Of a DNA stretch of 64,000 nucleotides, positions 1 through 11,938 are shown piece by piece. This DNA comes from Catajapyx aquilonaris (lineage: Eukaryota), in the NCBI GenBank assembly GCA_000934665.2, contig KZ538445.1:1-64000 (forward strand). Reading direction: 5' to 3'. Made by a program: the position numbers and the translations under genes. Under the pieces are notes generated by a model. That model was not told where the DNA came from, did not search any database, and was given only the letters and a program-made list of their open reading frames with translations. How positions within the stretch are numbered: the stretch's first letter is position 1; each line of letters opens with the position of its first letter.

Positions 1-42
1 GGGGGGGAGAGAGCTAGGAGCGGCTATTTGCCTATTTCTCTG

Positions 43-66
43 GTTGCTATGGTGACCGTGACGTCA
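43..66. promoter_or_regulatory. RFX X-box-like palindrome (GTTGCTATGGTGAC) next to a full CRE (TGACGTCA)
   Basis: Motifs read directly at 43-56 and 59-66; probably the promoter of a gene running off the left edge. Confidence 0.45.
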
Positions 67-270
67 GGCTTCTGCTCCGTACTCCGCTCCGGTTTCTCTC
101 AATTTTGGGAGGGGGGATCCATGGGGGGGCCAAGGGGGTGATGGTATGGATTAATATTTTTGTGACTATTTGGAAGCTCCGGATGAATTTTTAAGGCTAT
201 TTGGATATGATATTAATTAGAAATGAGATATTCCGATGGTTTTACAATTTTAAAATGTCACGAATTTTAA

Positions 271-340
271 CTAGTTCCTTCTCCCACCCACCAGAGGAGC
301 TGCTTCCTCCCATTGCGCAGGCGCAGAACGGGAGCCAATC
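271..340. repeat. Dispersed ~65-bp repeat (probable transposon end); inverted copy at 28503-28563
   Basis: CTAGTTCCTTCTCCCACCCACCAGAGG...CATTGCGCAGGCGCAGAACGGGAGCCAATC matches the reverse complement of 28503-28563. Confidence 0.7.
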
Positions 341-414
341 GGAAGCTTCGGGTAGCAAAGAAATATTCGCCAATATTCAACGATAACAATGATTATTATA
401 ATTTCAAAAAATAT

Positions 415-680
415 AACCGAAGCCGGTTGGTGTATGATAGTGGTTATAAGGAGTCCTACTGCTAATCCTGGGTTCGATATCCAGGGCCGGCGATTCTGAC
501 CGTGGTTTTCCATGGTCCTCCCAGGATAATTCAGGGATCGCTTCCTTCCTTATCCTTGGCCCCACCCACGTGTGAAGAAAATATCAGCAAAAAATTGACC
601 AGTAAAATGGTGGTATTCCACCTTCCTAATGGAGCGCCGATTCTCCCAATGGAGTATTTTTTTAAATCAAATAATTTAAA
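415..680 (+). mobile_element. Degenerate tRNA-derived SINE
   Basis: Starts ACCGAAGC like the SINE at 43653-44023, has a B-box-like GGTTCGATATCC and shares the body CTGACCGTGGTTTTC. Its 3' part (550-680) recurs at 17113-17200. Confidence 0.6.
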
Positions 681-795
681 CAATTAAGTTGAATGGCCGA
701 CTTGAGCTACTACCCCTTTGGAGGACGTTGACCTGATTTTGGGGAAAAAGTGAGACTGTTTTGAAGGGAATGACCTGGGTCATAGCGTAACTCAC

Positions 796-831
796 GCTAT
801 GCATAACTCTTTTGGTGTTATAACCTAGCAT
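796..831 (-). CDS. Possible first coding exon (MLGYNTKRVMHS) of a divergently transcribed gene
   Basis: Minus-strand ATG followed by 12 codons and a consensus GTGAGT donor, head-to-head with REXO4. No homology recognised; it could be non-coding. Confidence 0.25.
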
Positions 832-1739
832 GCGACCGTCTCCGAACCTGCTTAATTCTGAGCCCAATAAGCAATTTTCGACGAAACCAATTAAGATTCT
901 GAGAAAACGGCGCCGACTTTCGTGATGAGGCTGGGAGTATTGGGGTCAACAAGCCAGTGAGTTTTACAACCTGTGGATCGTTTCGACGTTTGGGATGGAT
1001 GGCGTACGTGGAGCTTGACGTAGTAAGGTCTACGTCAACTGCGCAAACACGCGTCACAGGCTATAGGGGAAGAGGAGTGGGGGGGTAGATTCCGACAGAA
1101 ATCACCCTGACCTCAAATGGGGCGAAATGGAGCACGGGAGGTCAGCATCCAAACTGGGCGAGGTCGCGGTTTGCTAAATGTCAGGGCGTGTGTTAGTATA
1201 GGGAAAGATCCTATATTTTTTTGTGTGCGATGAACTATACATTTCGACCCTGAGGGTACCTTATAAAAATTCGATGCGGCGCATAGATTGTATCAACAGT
1301 ACATTAACATTTATTGCGGTACCTGGACCTACCGTTGTGTATTTTTTAAAACACTATCAGGTCGGGGGGGTCTAGTAGGGTGTAACTATTTATGGGTTGA
1401 TCGACTTACAGTGTTGCATGCAGTATTGCAGTTTGCAACGGTATGGATAAAGTGACGTAAGTGCAGTTAGCTCGTAATCAGTATTAAAAAGTAGGTGCGC
1501 CGGATTTTAAATAGTGCCGCCCGATTATTCCCTGGTGGAGAGTTTTGTAACTGCGACTCATGCTGCTCGATGCCTGGACTCGTCGTGGCATCTAGCGGAA
1601 GGTGGCGAAATGTTACGATACACGGATAGTGCAGGAGCGGTGGTATCGTCGTTGACCAGCAAGGCAGCGTGGTGTGTGTTGAAGGTCGGTGGCCCACTTC
1701 CTATATTCTCAGGTATATTCATTGCAGGTGCTTTGGTCC

Positions 1740-4700
1740 ATGGTGCAGCTGGCCACGATGAAGAAGAAGGGAGGCGGCAAATCTCCAGCAGGGAAGAAGA
1801 AGGAGGGAGGGGTGGCCAATGGAGGTGCAGTCAACAAGGTGGGCAAGAAGGTCAGGGAGAAGCAGAAGAGGGCTGCTCTCATCAGGAAGAATCTGAAAGG
1901 AGGACTGGGTGCAGCCAACAAGAAGGACAAGGCAGCAGCAGGCAGCACCTCCGCTAGGATACCCGTAAAAGCAGAGGAAGCTTCTGGGAACTGGAAAGCG
2001 CTCCTTCAGGTACTATGACCATGCTGCTGGATGAGGTTCGGTATTTAGGCTACCCCCTGTACAGAATGTGCAGGGGTATCTTTTGGAGTTTTGGTAAAAT
2101 TTTCTAAACAATGACAATACATCATTTCCCATTAGTATGGAAAAACATTGACTACTGTGGGAAGGGTTGAACCCGTTGACCTGCCGTAGATTTGAAATCT
2201 TAGAATCAGATTATACAGAGTGTTACCAGGTAGTCCCCCCAACGAATCAGCTAAATTTAGATTTCTACTCTCCTTAGAAACATGACATTCGATTTACAAC
2301 TTACCTTAGTTCATGGGAATTTCGAACCATTCACAATAAATGCTGGAATTGGCCATCAACGACATCCATACACACTGAAATTCAGCGCAGTACGACGCTC
2401 GATATTATCGAAGGTTCTCAGTAGCATATTGACATCAATAGGCCAGATTGCTGCACTGACTTGTGAGTGTTTTGGAGCCATACAATGGTAGATGACCTCC
2501 TTTACAGGAAGTAAAATCAAATAAATGAAGCACAGGCTGGAAAAAGTCACTATAGCAGCGGTTGTCAAACTGTGGGGTGCGCCCCCCTGGGGAGGCGAAT
2601 CCAAAAATTATGTGATTCAAAAGAGGAACAAAAGTCGCACTGATTAGGTAAGAACTGGTAAGAACTACTTCTCAAGGCTTACTGTACAGTGCTGGACAAA
2701 TTAGCCGTCGCTGAATGTTTTTTTCCGGTGGCAGCGGCGTTACCTGGCAACCCTGTCTGGCAGGTCAATTCAAACATCAGCCCATGGAGAGCGCTTCCAC
2801 TGTTGCCACTGTTTACAAAACGAGTGAGTGAGTGCGCAGGCAGAAGAGACCCGTCGCTGGGTCGTTCGCGTCACTCACTCGATTTGTAAACAGTGGCAAC
2901 AATGGAAGTGCTCACAAAATTCATACTGCGGCGGGCTTATTGGACTTGCTGGGGGTAGGAGGGGTTGTAGATATCTGAAATTAATTTCCAGGGGGGCCCG
3001 ATGTGGCAAAGTTTGAGAACCGCTGCACTATAGGCAGGCCGCATTCTTGCCATTGAAGTGATAGTTTAACTAGTTGCGAATGGGAAATCTGCTGAATGCA
3101 CCGCTGGAAGCTAAGTTTCCATGGAGATGCCCTCACAACAATATGAGTAAACAGTGTCAGCAAAATGAACTCTCTTTACTCCTTGCTTTACTCCCATTGT
3201 TGCATGGGGGCATGTCCATGGAAACTTGAAAAGTGTGAGGTTCCATGGGTGCGTTTGGCAGATTTTCCATGACTAGGAGTTGGTAAACAAAATTAATGAT
3301 GACGTCAATGGCAAGTTAGCGTGGCCTGCCTATACAAATAAGTTTGCCACAATAAACTGGGTAATCTGTTTCCACCTGCCAAAGAGCTGCGAATGAGGCT
3401 ATTTGAAGACCAATGCTTACGACAATCAGCCACCATGTTAGAAGACTTTGGAAGGCAACATCAGTGCAGCAATCTCAACCAATGATAAGGATATGCTGCT
3501 GCGGAACTTCAACAATACGAAGTGTCGCGTCTCTTCGTGTTTGAGTGTGTCTGTATGTCAGGAGGACAATACCTGTGTAGCGCCAAAACTAGTTGTTACC
3601 TCAACGATGCTACAAGGACCCAGTTCGGGCTTTCACCGACTGTCCCGTCGGGATGGTGGAAGTACTTGCGTACCCCTCACACTACACACACACAATGCAC
3701 ACATCCAATACACATTGGCGGCGCTCACAAGCGGGAGCTGGCCAGGGCCTAATAGTTCGACTGCGCTCACTCACTGGAGCTGGCCAGGTATAAACCTCAC
3801 ACTCTTGTTCGATTAAAGGCCCATACACACAGGCCTTCGACGGTTTTGGTCTTTGGTCGCGTTGACACCGAAGACCAATCAACAAGTGCAGCACAAGTGT
3901 TGCGGTTGTTTACACGAGTCATGATTGGTCTGCGGCGTCAACGCGACCAAAGACCAAAACCGTCGACCACCTGTGTGTATGGGCCTTAAGACTGTCCCTG
4001 CACAACAAATAAAACACACTGTTCAGTTTAACACTGCACCTGGGACAAAGTCAGGGGTTAAAAGAATATTGGAGCAAAGGTTCAAGAGGACCTTACTCCT
4101 TGAGTTCTCAGACCAGGGGCGTAACTACCATAGGGGCAGGTGGGGCGACTGCCCCAGGGCCCCCGAATTTTCCGACGAGTTTGAGAAACTTTTGAGGAAA
4201 CCCACAAATCCATAATAGGCCTAACGTCTATAACCTATAGTCTATATTCTATAAGACGTAAGAAAGCGGGTTCGAACCAATCAATTCGGGGTCTTACTAT
4301 CTCACTGTCAGACTCTCGCAGTCGCAGTGTCTGTAATCAGTATGGCACAAAAACACTGAAAATGAGAAATCATTACATTAATAGTTATACGTAGTCATTA
4401 CGTATTACTATGGAGGGGGCCCCACGTACCTTTTTTCACAAGGGCCCCTAAGAGTCTTGTTACACCCCTGGCTCAGACCCAACTGACTCGACTTGCCTCT
4501 GGCTCAGCCAGTTTATAGAGAAATCTTGTTTACATGAACAATAACTCCATTGGAAGGTGGGTGAAGTAAACAATGAAAAGTGAAATTGCTTAGTTACAGG
4601 ATGACATGATTGAAACAAGTGATGTAACAAAATAATTATGAAAAAATGCTTACATGAAATTAATTGAACATGTCCTCGTCTTCGAGTCTTACACCTGGTT

Positions 4701-6369
4701 TTATTGTGAATGGTGCTACATACCTACAAACTAAGGTAAGTGTTAAACCAAATGCCATGTTTTTAGGTCAAGTGGGAAGTAAATTAGACCTAATTATTTG
4801 GGGGGGGGACTACCTAGTGCAGTGGTTCCCAACCTGTGGGATGCGACCCCGAAGGGGGTCGCTGCGTCTTTTAAATATAATTATATATATATTTTTAAAT
4901 AAAAGTAATAATATCTTGCTATGAAAATATTTGATATGTATTCTTTGCCCTATAATAATGCCTCTTTACCCAAATGTGGGTATGGAGAGAGGGGTCGCAG
5001 GTTACTTGGCTATTATAAAAAGGGGGTCGCGACTCGAAAATGGTTGGGAACCACTGACCTAGTGAAACACCTTGTATGACTACTGCTACAGCCAAGGTAT
5101 TGCACTGATGCCACAATTGACAGCAATTGTTTGCAACAATGTTAGCAGTGTAACTAACAATTAAAGGCGACACCAGTAGCATTCTCAGGTAGAATTGATA
5201 ATAATCTGAGCTTCACTTTACTCCATGTTGATAGGTAACAGAAATTTAATAGATATATCACATGATACACTGTGAAAAAAATGTGAAAATGGAGAAAGTA
5301 AATAAAATAGAATGAGTTACATTGTGAAATAAAGCTAATTAATGTCTGTGCGGTTTTACCTCTTTATTATAGTTACATACCCACAGTCTCATGTTTCTGA
5401 ACACTTCACCAATTCCACTGCTAATTTTCCAGACCTTGCGAGACAGCAAGGAGAATTCTACAGCAAAGACAGATGATCTACAGTGGAGCCAGAAGAAGCA
5501 GAAGCTACGAAAGAAGGACCGGCAACGCGCCAAGAAGAAATTACTTGCAGCTAAATTAGCCGAAGACCAAACCCCTAAAGCCACTCCTACAGAGAAACCT
5601 GATATCTGGTTTGATGATGTTGACCCTGACCTCCTTGATGACACTCAAGAATATCAACCACCAAGGGAGGGCGCAGGCAGCATCTCCCCACTTCCTAACA
5701 CCGAATCAGGCCTGACCAAATATGTGGCCATGGACTGTGAGATGGTTGGCGTGGCCAGCTCCAGGGAGTCAATTGTGGCTCGGGTGTCCATAGTGAACCA
5801 GTATGGGCACTGCGTGTATGATAAGTTTGTTAAGCCGACTGAGAAGGTTACAGATTACAGGACACCGGTGAGTGGGATCAGGCCGGAGCACCTGGCCAAG
5901 GGGGAACCACTGGAGACGGTTCAGCAGGAGGTGGCCGACATCCTTAAGGGGAGGATATTGGTAGGTCATGCCATTAGACATGACCTTGATTGCCTCTTCC
6001 TTAGTCATACTAAGAGGAAGATCAGGGATACTTCCATGTAAGTTACATTCTGGGCAATTTGACATGGGAAGCACAATATAGTACAATACATGGAAATTGA
6101 CCTTCATTTGCAGGTACAAACCTTTCCGAAAGATGTTTGGAGGACAGACACCTGGACTGAGGAAACTGACTGCCAAGCTGCTGTCAGTCACCATTCAAGA
6201 GGGGGAGCACAACTCTGTCCAAGATGCACAGGCAACGATGCGAATATTCACCATGTACAAGCAGCAGTGGGAGAGCGAGCTGTCGGCTGCCAAAGCGGTG
6301 GAATCCAAAAAGAAGACCAAATCAAAGCGAAAGACTAAGAAAAATACCAGTGATGTGAAGTTGTCGTAA
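1740..6369 (+). CDS. REXO4: RNA exonuclease 4 (DEDDh 3'-5' exonuclease)
   Basis: Exons 1740 (or 1758)-2009, 5433-6037 and 6114-6369 with consistent phases (0, 2). Motifs [41 protein letters not shown] and EHNSVQDA are typical of REXO4/Rex4. Start codon uncertain. Confidence 0.92.
2356..2500 (-). mobile_element. Decayed Tc1/mariner transposase C-terminal fragment
   Basis: Translation [23 protein letters not shown] resembles Tc1/mariner C-termini; similar to the inverted relic at 3395-3560. Confidence 0.45.
2556..3025. mobile_element. Non-autonomous hAT element
   Basis: TIRs CAGCGGTTGTCAAACT / AGTTTGAGAACCGCTG; perfect 8-bp TSD CACTATAG (2548-2555, 3026-3033). Confidence 0.88.
3029..3334. mobile_element. 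Fold-back MITE (near whole-length inverted repeat)
   Basis: Ends TATAGGCAGGCC / GGCCTGCCTATA; internal arms such as TTTCCATGGA...TCCATGGAAA also pair. Confidence 0.75.
3395..3560 (+). mobile_element. Decayed Tc1/mariner transposase C-terminal fragment
   Basis: [12 protein letters not shown]...[23 protein letters not shown] matches the WGYLK..VY...P-type Tc1/mariner tail, with frameshifts. Confidence 0.5.
3817..3986. mobile_element. PIF/Harbinger-like (Tourist-type) MITE, copy 1
   Basis: Long TIR AGGCCCATACACACAGG...CCTGTGTGTATGGGCCT flanked by TAA on both sides; second copy at 14379-14541. Confidence 0.85.
4114..4470. mobile_element. Non-autonomous hAT element
   Basis: TIRs CAGGGGCGTAAC / GTTACACCCCTG; TSD TCTCAGAC / GCTCAGAC (7 of 8 match). 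Confidence 0.8.
4820..5056. mobile_element. Non-autonomous hAT (Charlie/Buster-like) element
   Basis: TIRs CAGTGGTTCCCAACC / GGTTGGGAACCACTG; perfect TSD ACCTAGTG (4812-4819, 5057-5064). Confidence 0.92.
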
Positions 6370-7149
6370 AAATACTCCCCATAGTAAGGAATCTGGACTG
6401 ACTGCCCATGCGTTGAAAGTTGCTACTCGGATGTAATTTGATCAATTAATTATTTGTACTTTTATTGTGAGCTGGTTGCATCAGGTTGGATGTCCTGTCC
6501 GAACAGTGCACATCATGGCACCTGATGGTTATATATCGGTACAGACTGGCATGTGTCCGACCTAACCAGCTCTGATAGGGAAGGTGGGACAAAAAGAATA
6601 ATTTGCACAGGGTAAGAAATTACTGCGTCATCTTGAGTGCACCAGTGGCATCTCGCTAGGTTTTAATGAGGAAGTGGCTCTATTGTATGCCCCCTCAATT
6701 GTTGCAATAAACGTAATGAAATCATCTGTATTGAAGTGTAGGTATTTATTGGTGGTTCCTTTTGCAGCCTTAAGGTATGGTTGTTTACCATCTACGTACC
6801 GCTTCGTACTATTGATGAGATGAATGTGGGTCAAGGCCTGAACAAGTGAGACCTCACTATTTATTGACCAATATCAACTCCAGGCTTGAGCAGCCTGTTC
6901 TGCATATTCTCACAATTATGTAGGTACTCAGCCGTAAAACTGGTTTTACAAGCCGCATTTGGTTCATATTTATCCCCAGTGGCCATTGCAGCTACGTGGT
7001 GTGTCCGCCAGGTGGCCACCAGTCCCCGTCAATAATTCGGCGCATTATTCAATTACGTAGCGGACATCAGCATACGCTTCGTGATTATGATTAAACGTGA
7101 GTGCGGCAATTTCGAGTCGTACCAGAGGTACTTGAAAAGTGTCATGTTG

Positions 7150-7543
7150 TCTCCCCGTCCGCAGCACCCTCGACCGGCCTCATTCCGAAGCCTCCCACCC
7201 CACACCCCCCCTCGCCCCGTGACGTCACATTCCGCCTTTTCCCGATCCAAAATGGCAGCCACATGGCGTGCTTGCCCAGTGTTGGAAAACTCGTTGTCAC
7301 CCCTCGTGGCAATAAACACTTACCACAACTCGATATGAACCATGCATAATTAAGGCCCTGATTTTAAACCTATTTTAATGATACAGCGGGATTAAAAGAA
7401 ATTTCGGGGCGGTTGTGCTAGTCGCCTGAGCGTGGCTTTCACAGCATCGTCAGCTGGCAACCCTGTCAATATCCGGCTGAAACTGGAACCCGTGCGTGGT
7501 GGTGCAATTTCCACGTTCCATTCGGATCTCTCCAGTCGGACTT
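7150..7543 (+). promoter_or_regulatory. CNBP: CNBP promoter and non-coding first exon (donor GTAAGT at 7544)
   Basis: GC/CpG-rich island with a CRE (TGACGTCA, ~7220) and a YY1-like AAAATGGC. Consensus donor at 7544 and acceptor TTTCAG at 9559. Confidence 0.55.
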
Positions 7544-9609
7544 GTAAGTACGGCCCTCGCCCTGTTCCCCAACCCGTACCGACCCGTGACTAGCCCCGGG
7601 GCCGCCCCCATACTCCCTAGCGTTCAATTCGAGTCGAAAACCCACGCTGGCCCCGGTTTCTCAGGCATGATCGGTCCCCCCCCAGAACGCGGGTGGTCAG
7701 GGCGTCCCTACCCAGCCATTGTGCCCCGTTTGCAAATTCAAGTGACCGGCTCGAGGCCCACTCTGTGCGCGACAGGGAAGGGCTGATCGGAGGGGCAGGT
7801 AGGGTATGGCGCGGGGCAGCCCCGGGGCGGCCCGTAGGCTGGCATGACCATGTGGCTGGAAGTAAATATGGCGGAAATTCGACGGCCATTTTTGTATTCT
7901 TTTTTTGTTGTCTGGATCTGATGCGTAGCTTGGGGTGAGGGAAAGGGGCAAGGGGCGGGAGCGCGTATCGGTGTGTGCGGGCATCGGATGTGGGTTTCGG
8001 CGGCGGTTGCGGGAAGAGACGTGTGGGTAGCATGGCGGGAAATAAAAGGAGGGCGACCAGGGTGAAAGGGGGGCGAGGGGGTGGATTAGGCGACGTCCAT
8101 TTTGGAACGGAGGGAAGGGGGAGATTTTTTTTGTTGTTGTTGTTTCTGCGTGCACTGTGAAGGGGGGGACATGTGGAATGCATTGCGGGCGTGACAGTTG
8201 GTGCAGTGTAGGAGGGTGATCGCCTAATTGTTCAGTGCTAGGGGGTGAGTGCATCGGGCCCAACACCCAAACGGGGCTGTGTTTCAGGCATAGCATGGGA
8301 GGCTTCACAGGTGGTAGGGCCTATTGCGGTCAGGTGTAGCCTACTAGGCGTTTCATGTAAAATGCCTTGTTGCCTGTGTAGTCTTTGGTGTAGTGACGCT
8401 AATGGTGTAGGTACAAATCAGGCTTCTGTGGCTCCACGTCTGGTTGTAGAATGGCTCATGTCGACTGCAGCACTCGAGTACATTGTTCTTGTGCTCAGGG
8501 TAGAGTTTGCATTATGGTTGCGCCACCAGTAAACAGCACGTGGCCCACCCAATAACGGAAGAATTATGGCAAAGTGCAAGTGGTTTGTAATTGTTTTGCA
8601 TCTGTTTAGCTGCTTTGCATTGCAGTTTTACTGTCAACAGCTGGGTTTATGAGCATGCTGCCAGTTAATTTACTCCAACTGGATTTTAAGTGTTGCAGAA
8701 CTGCTCCACTTGCAATCCTTGAACAAACATGGTACATGTTAACAGCCTAAGAGCTCATTTGCCAAAATGGGTGATGCCCTTGCGGCATGGTCAGTTGTTA
8801 CTGGGGAATAGGTTAATGGCCCTGCACTGTAAGGAGAGTAAATGCAACATAATGGTTTTATTTCATAAGCCAAGTTGCTTGAATGTTAGCAACTGCCCAA
8901 GCTGAAGATAAGCTTTGTGCATAAGTGATCAACAACTGAATCACGTAAATAGATCTTGCGTAAGGTTGCAAAGAAGGTTAAATCTTGTATCAAAGGACTG
9001 GTCATGTATTACATTGTCCAGGCGTTACAAATATGTCAGGTTAGTGGGCTGGAATACGGAGGTTGCATGCAAGCATTTTTGTTGACCACAAGTGACAAAG
9101 GCAGTCGGGAGCCTGGCAGATTGGTTTAAAATAGCCAACATTTACTAGCCTTGCATTGAATTTTTTACCGCAGACCCATTTCTTGAGTAAGCGCACCTCA
9201 ACAATGTACCCAGCCGAGCTCGAAATATCTAAAATTACCATCCTGGTGACCCCATTCTGTATGTAAGTGCATTCCACTAGATTGGTGGACCAGACGTCTA
9301 GCAGAGGGAGAGAAAAAATCAGGGGGGGAGGGATGGGGGTGAGCGGAACACTATGCAAACAAGGCAGGGCAAGAAACTCCCAAGGTCCCCTCTGGCACCA
9401 TGACTTTGAACCTACAGAAGTAAAGCACTGTGTGATTGTGCGAAGGCCACCTGATATTTTTTCTAATCTCAGAAATGCTCAAGAATCTTTTTACTGTGTC
9501 TTGGATTAATGACTGACATGACGCTTGATTGATGTGATGTTCTTATGCCCCCGTTTCAGGTCAATAGATAGTTTCCAAAAGTTTTGTTGACTAGTGCACA
9601 TCAGAGAGG

Positions 9610-9675
9610 ATGAGCTCCAGCGTGTGCTTCAAGTGCCAACGCACTGGCCATTTTGCCCGCGAGTGCCCCCAGGGT

Positions 9676-9708
<33 letters not shown>

Positions 9709-11938
9709 ATGGGTGGCCGTGGGCGTGCCAAGTCTGTTGTAAGAGGTAGGTGTCGTTTTTTGACAGATATTTTTTTGTGCGACAAATAAGTTATTAATGC
9801 ATAGAGCTGTCTTTAGTTACGGATGGATGCCTCCTTTCTGCAGGCAATCCTTTCCATAAATTAGTTTTTAAAATGATGAAATAGTCTTTTGACTTGCTGA
9901 AATATGCAACTGTTGAGTGATAACTTCAGTAGTTGACTTTCAAAAATGAAATGCTTATTCATCATTTGCTACTTTCAAGAAATTGCACCATGCATAAGTG
10001 CAAGTGAACTGTTGGTAATGTGATTTATTTCCAGTGACATTTCCTTGAGCCAATCTCAATTTGGAGGAAAAAAATTTTGCATTTTGTGCATGAGTTTGGT
10101 GCATCAGTAACATTTAAGAATATTTATTGTTGTGTTTTTGTTGAGTTTGAAGAAGGCTTAAGATTTACAGATGTCCAAACCTAATGGGGGATTTTGGCCT
10201 GCAGCCAATGCTTGTGGTTACAGTCCTGCAAGCATGAGCAAATCTTAACCCTTTTTTCATACTTGGCCAGTGTTTTTGTGCACGGATTGTACCTTCAAAC
10301 CCCCTGAGAGTTGAGCTATTTAACAGCCGTCTTGTGCAGGTGTCATCTAGACATAGATTCAGAGCTAGCAGGTGGGAATCTTCTAACGATTTTTACTGTC
10401 ATGGTGGAGTTGACTTACTCACCACATTAACAGCATGGCTCATAACTCAGTTTAGCAGATGTTTCCCGAGCAGGTGTTCATCTCGATGGTCATGGTTTGC
10501 AGGTACACATCCCCCGTGCGACATGAATATAAGTATACAGTGACTTGTGTGTGTACATTTTTGCCCCTCTTTATTTGGAAATTACTCATCCTTATCCACA
10601 CCTTATTGCAACATAGGTGATCCCTTTACAGCGGATAAGTGCTACAAGTGCAACAGATTTGGGCACTTTGCCCGTGAGTGCAAGGAGGAGCAGGACCGCT
10701 GCTACCGTTGCAACGGCGTTGGCCACATCGCCAAGGACTGTACTCAGAGTCCCGATGAGCGTGAGTGTCACATTTTCGGTGCACTCACCTAGTTGCTTCG
10801 TGAGTTTGCACTTGCAGAGAACGGATTGTTGAAGCTGCATTTTGCTGGGCTTGTTGAATGCATGGCGATTACTGTATATAGTTCATATTCAATGCAATCA
10901 ATGCCAGTGCCTATTCCAATAAGTTTTGCAGTTCCAGTTTAATGCAATAGCTATAAGTGCACAAATTAAGTCTGTGTACACTGGGCTGTCAGTTTTCATG
11001 TTGTTGATCATTAATTGTCTGAAGTAATGGTAGCAGATAGATACTCTGCTTTTGTCTAGAGCAGGACATCATGATAGGACACAATTTTGTGGTGAATCAT
11101 ACTAGCATTCAGCAGCGTTAAACCTGCAAGAATTGTTAAATTTACACTGTGTACATTCTTGAGCTATTTCTGCAAGTGCAAACGCATGAGATGCCTTTGT
11201 TGAAGTGAGCTGCATATTTGACCATTGTTCGGTTTTTGCAGCCTCTTGCTATAATTGCAACAAGCTGGGGCACATTGCCCGGGACTGCCCGGAGTCCACC
11301 AAGACTTGCTATGTGTGCGGCGAGACCGGACACATAAGTCGTGAGTGCACCAAGGATGACCGCAAGGTGAGTCCTGGTTACAGTTTGGAGGAGAGATGAG
11401 GAGGACATTTTCCTGTCTTCTGTTCCCCGTCCAGTTTTTGAAACAGCAGCGCCCCATTTCCCACTGCCCACCCCTCTCAAGCAGGGTGACCCCATAACTG
11501 CATACCCAGCTTCGCTTTTCTCTCCCTCCCCATCACCACCAGAAATTTGTATGACCACCTCTCCTTTTTTTTTACTTGATTGGATCTTATTCCAAGGCTG
11601 TCCACGTCCTATTTGATTTAGAGAGGTAGCTGGGCGATGTGCATGTCAGCGTCCATCTTGTTCCCCTCCCTCCTTCCACATAACAAATGAGGCAATAGTT
11701 TGCATATAACAGTTGCTGGCAGCGGTTAACATTAACATGTATATGAGTCGGGTCATCACAATTGAGTCGGGAAGAAAAAAAACTGCTGTACTTTTTCCTC
11801 TATCTGCCTGCCGTCTCTTCCTTCGCCCCTGTTTTCCAACTTCTAATATGGAGAAGTAGAGAAGGAGGGGGGGTAAACTGGGAAGTGCAGACAATGGCCA
11901 ATGAAATAATCCTGATTGTTTTCCTTGCGTTGTAGTGA
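9610..11938 (+). CDS. CNBP: CCHC zinc-knuckle nucleic-acid-binding protein, short isoform (130 aa, 5 knuckles)
   Basis: Exons 9610-9745, 10632-10760 and 11242-11366 (phases 1, 1, 0), then acceptor TTGTAG|TGA supplies the stop at 11936-11938; AATAAA at 12235. CX2CX4HX4C occurs five times, with a Gly/RG linker after knuckle 1. Confidence 0.9.

Noticed and set aside
605..660. Motif shared upstream of REXO4 and SRPK (17131-17185) as a common promoter element
   Set aside because: Similarity extends into SINE body and tail sequence, so it is better explained as a repeat fragment.
7617..8308. 188-203 aa minus-strand Pro-rich ORFs
   Set aside because: By-product of the G-rich CNBP first intron; low complexity and no domain.
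9873..9900. C/D box snoRNA (ATGATGA ... CTGA) in the CNBP intron
   Set aside because: Boxes are too close, there is no terminal D box, and the C box is sequestered in a long stem.
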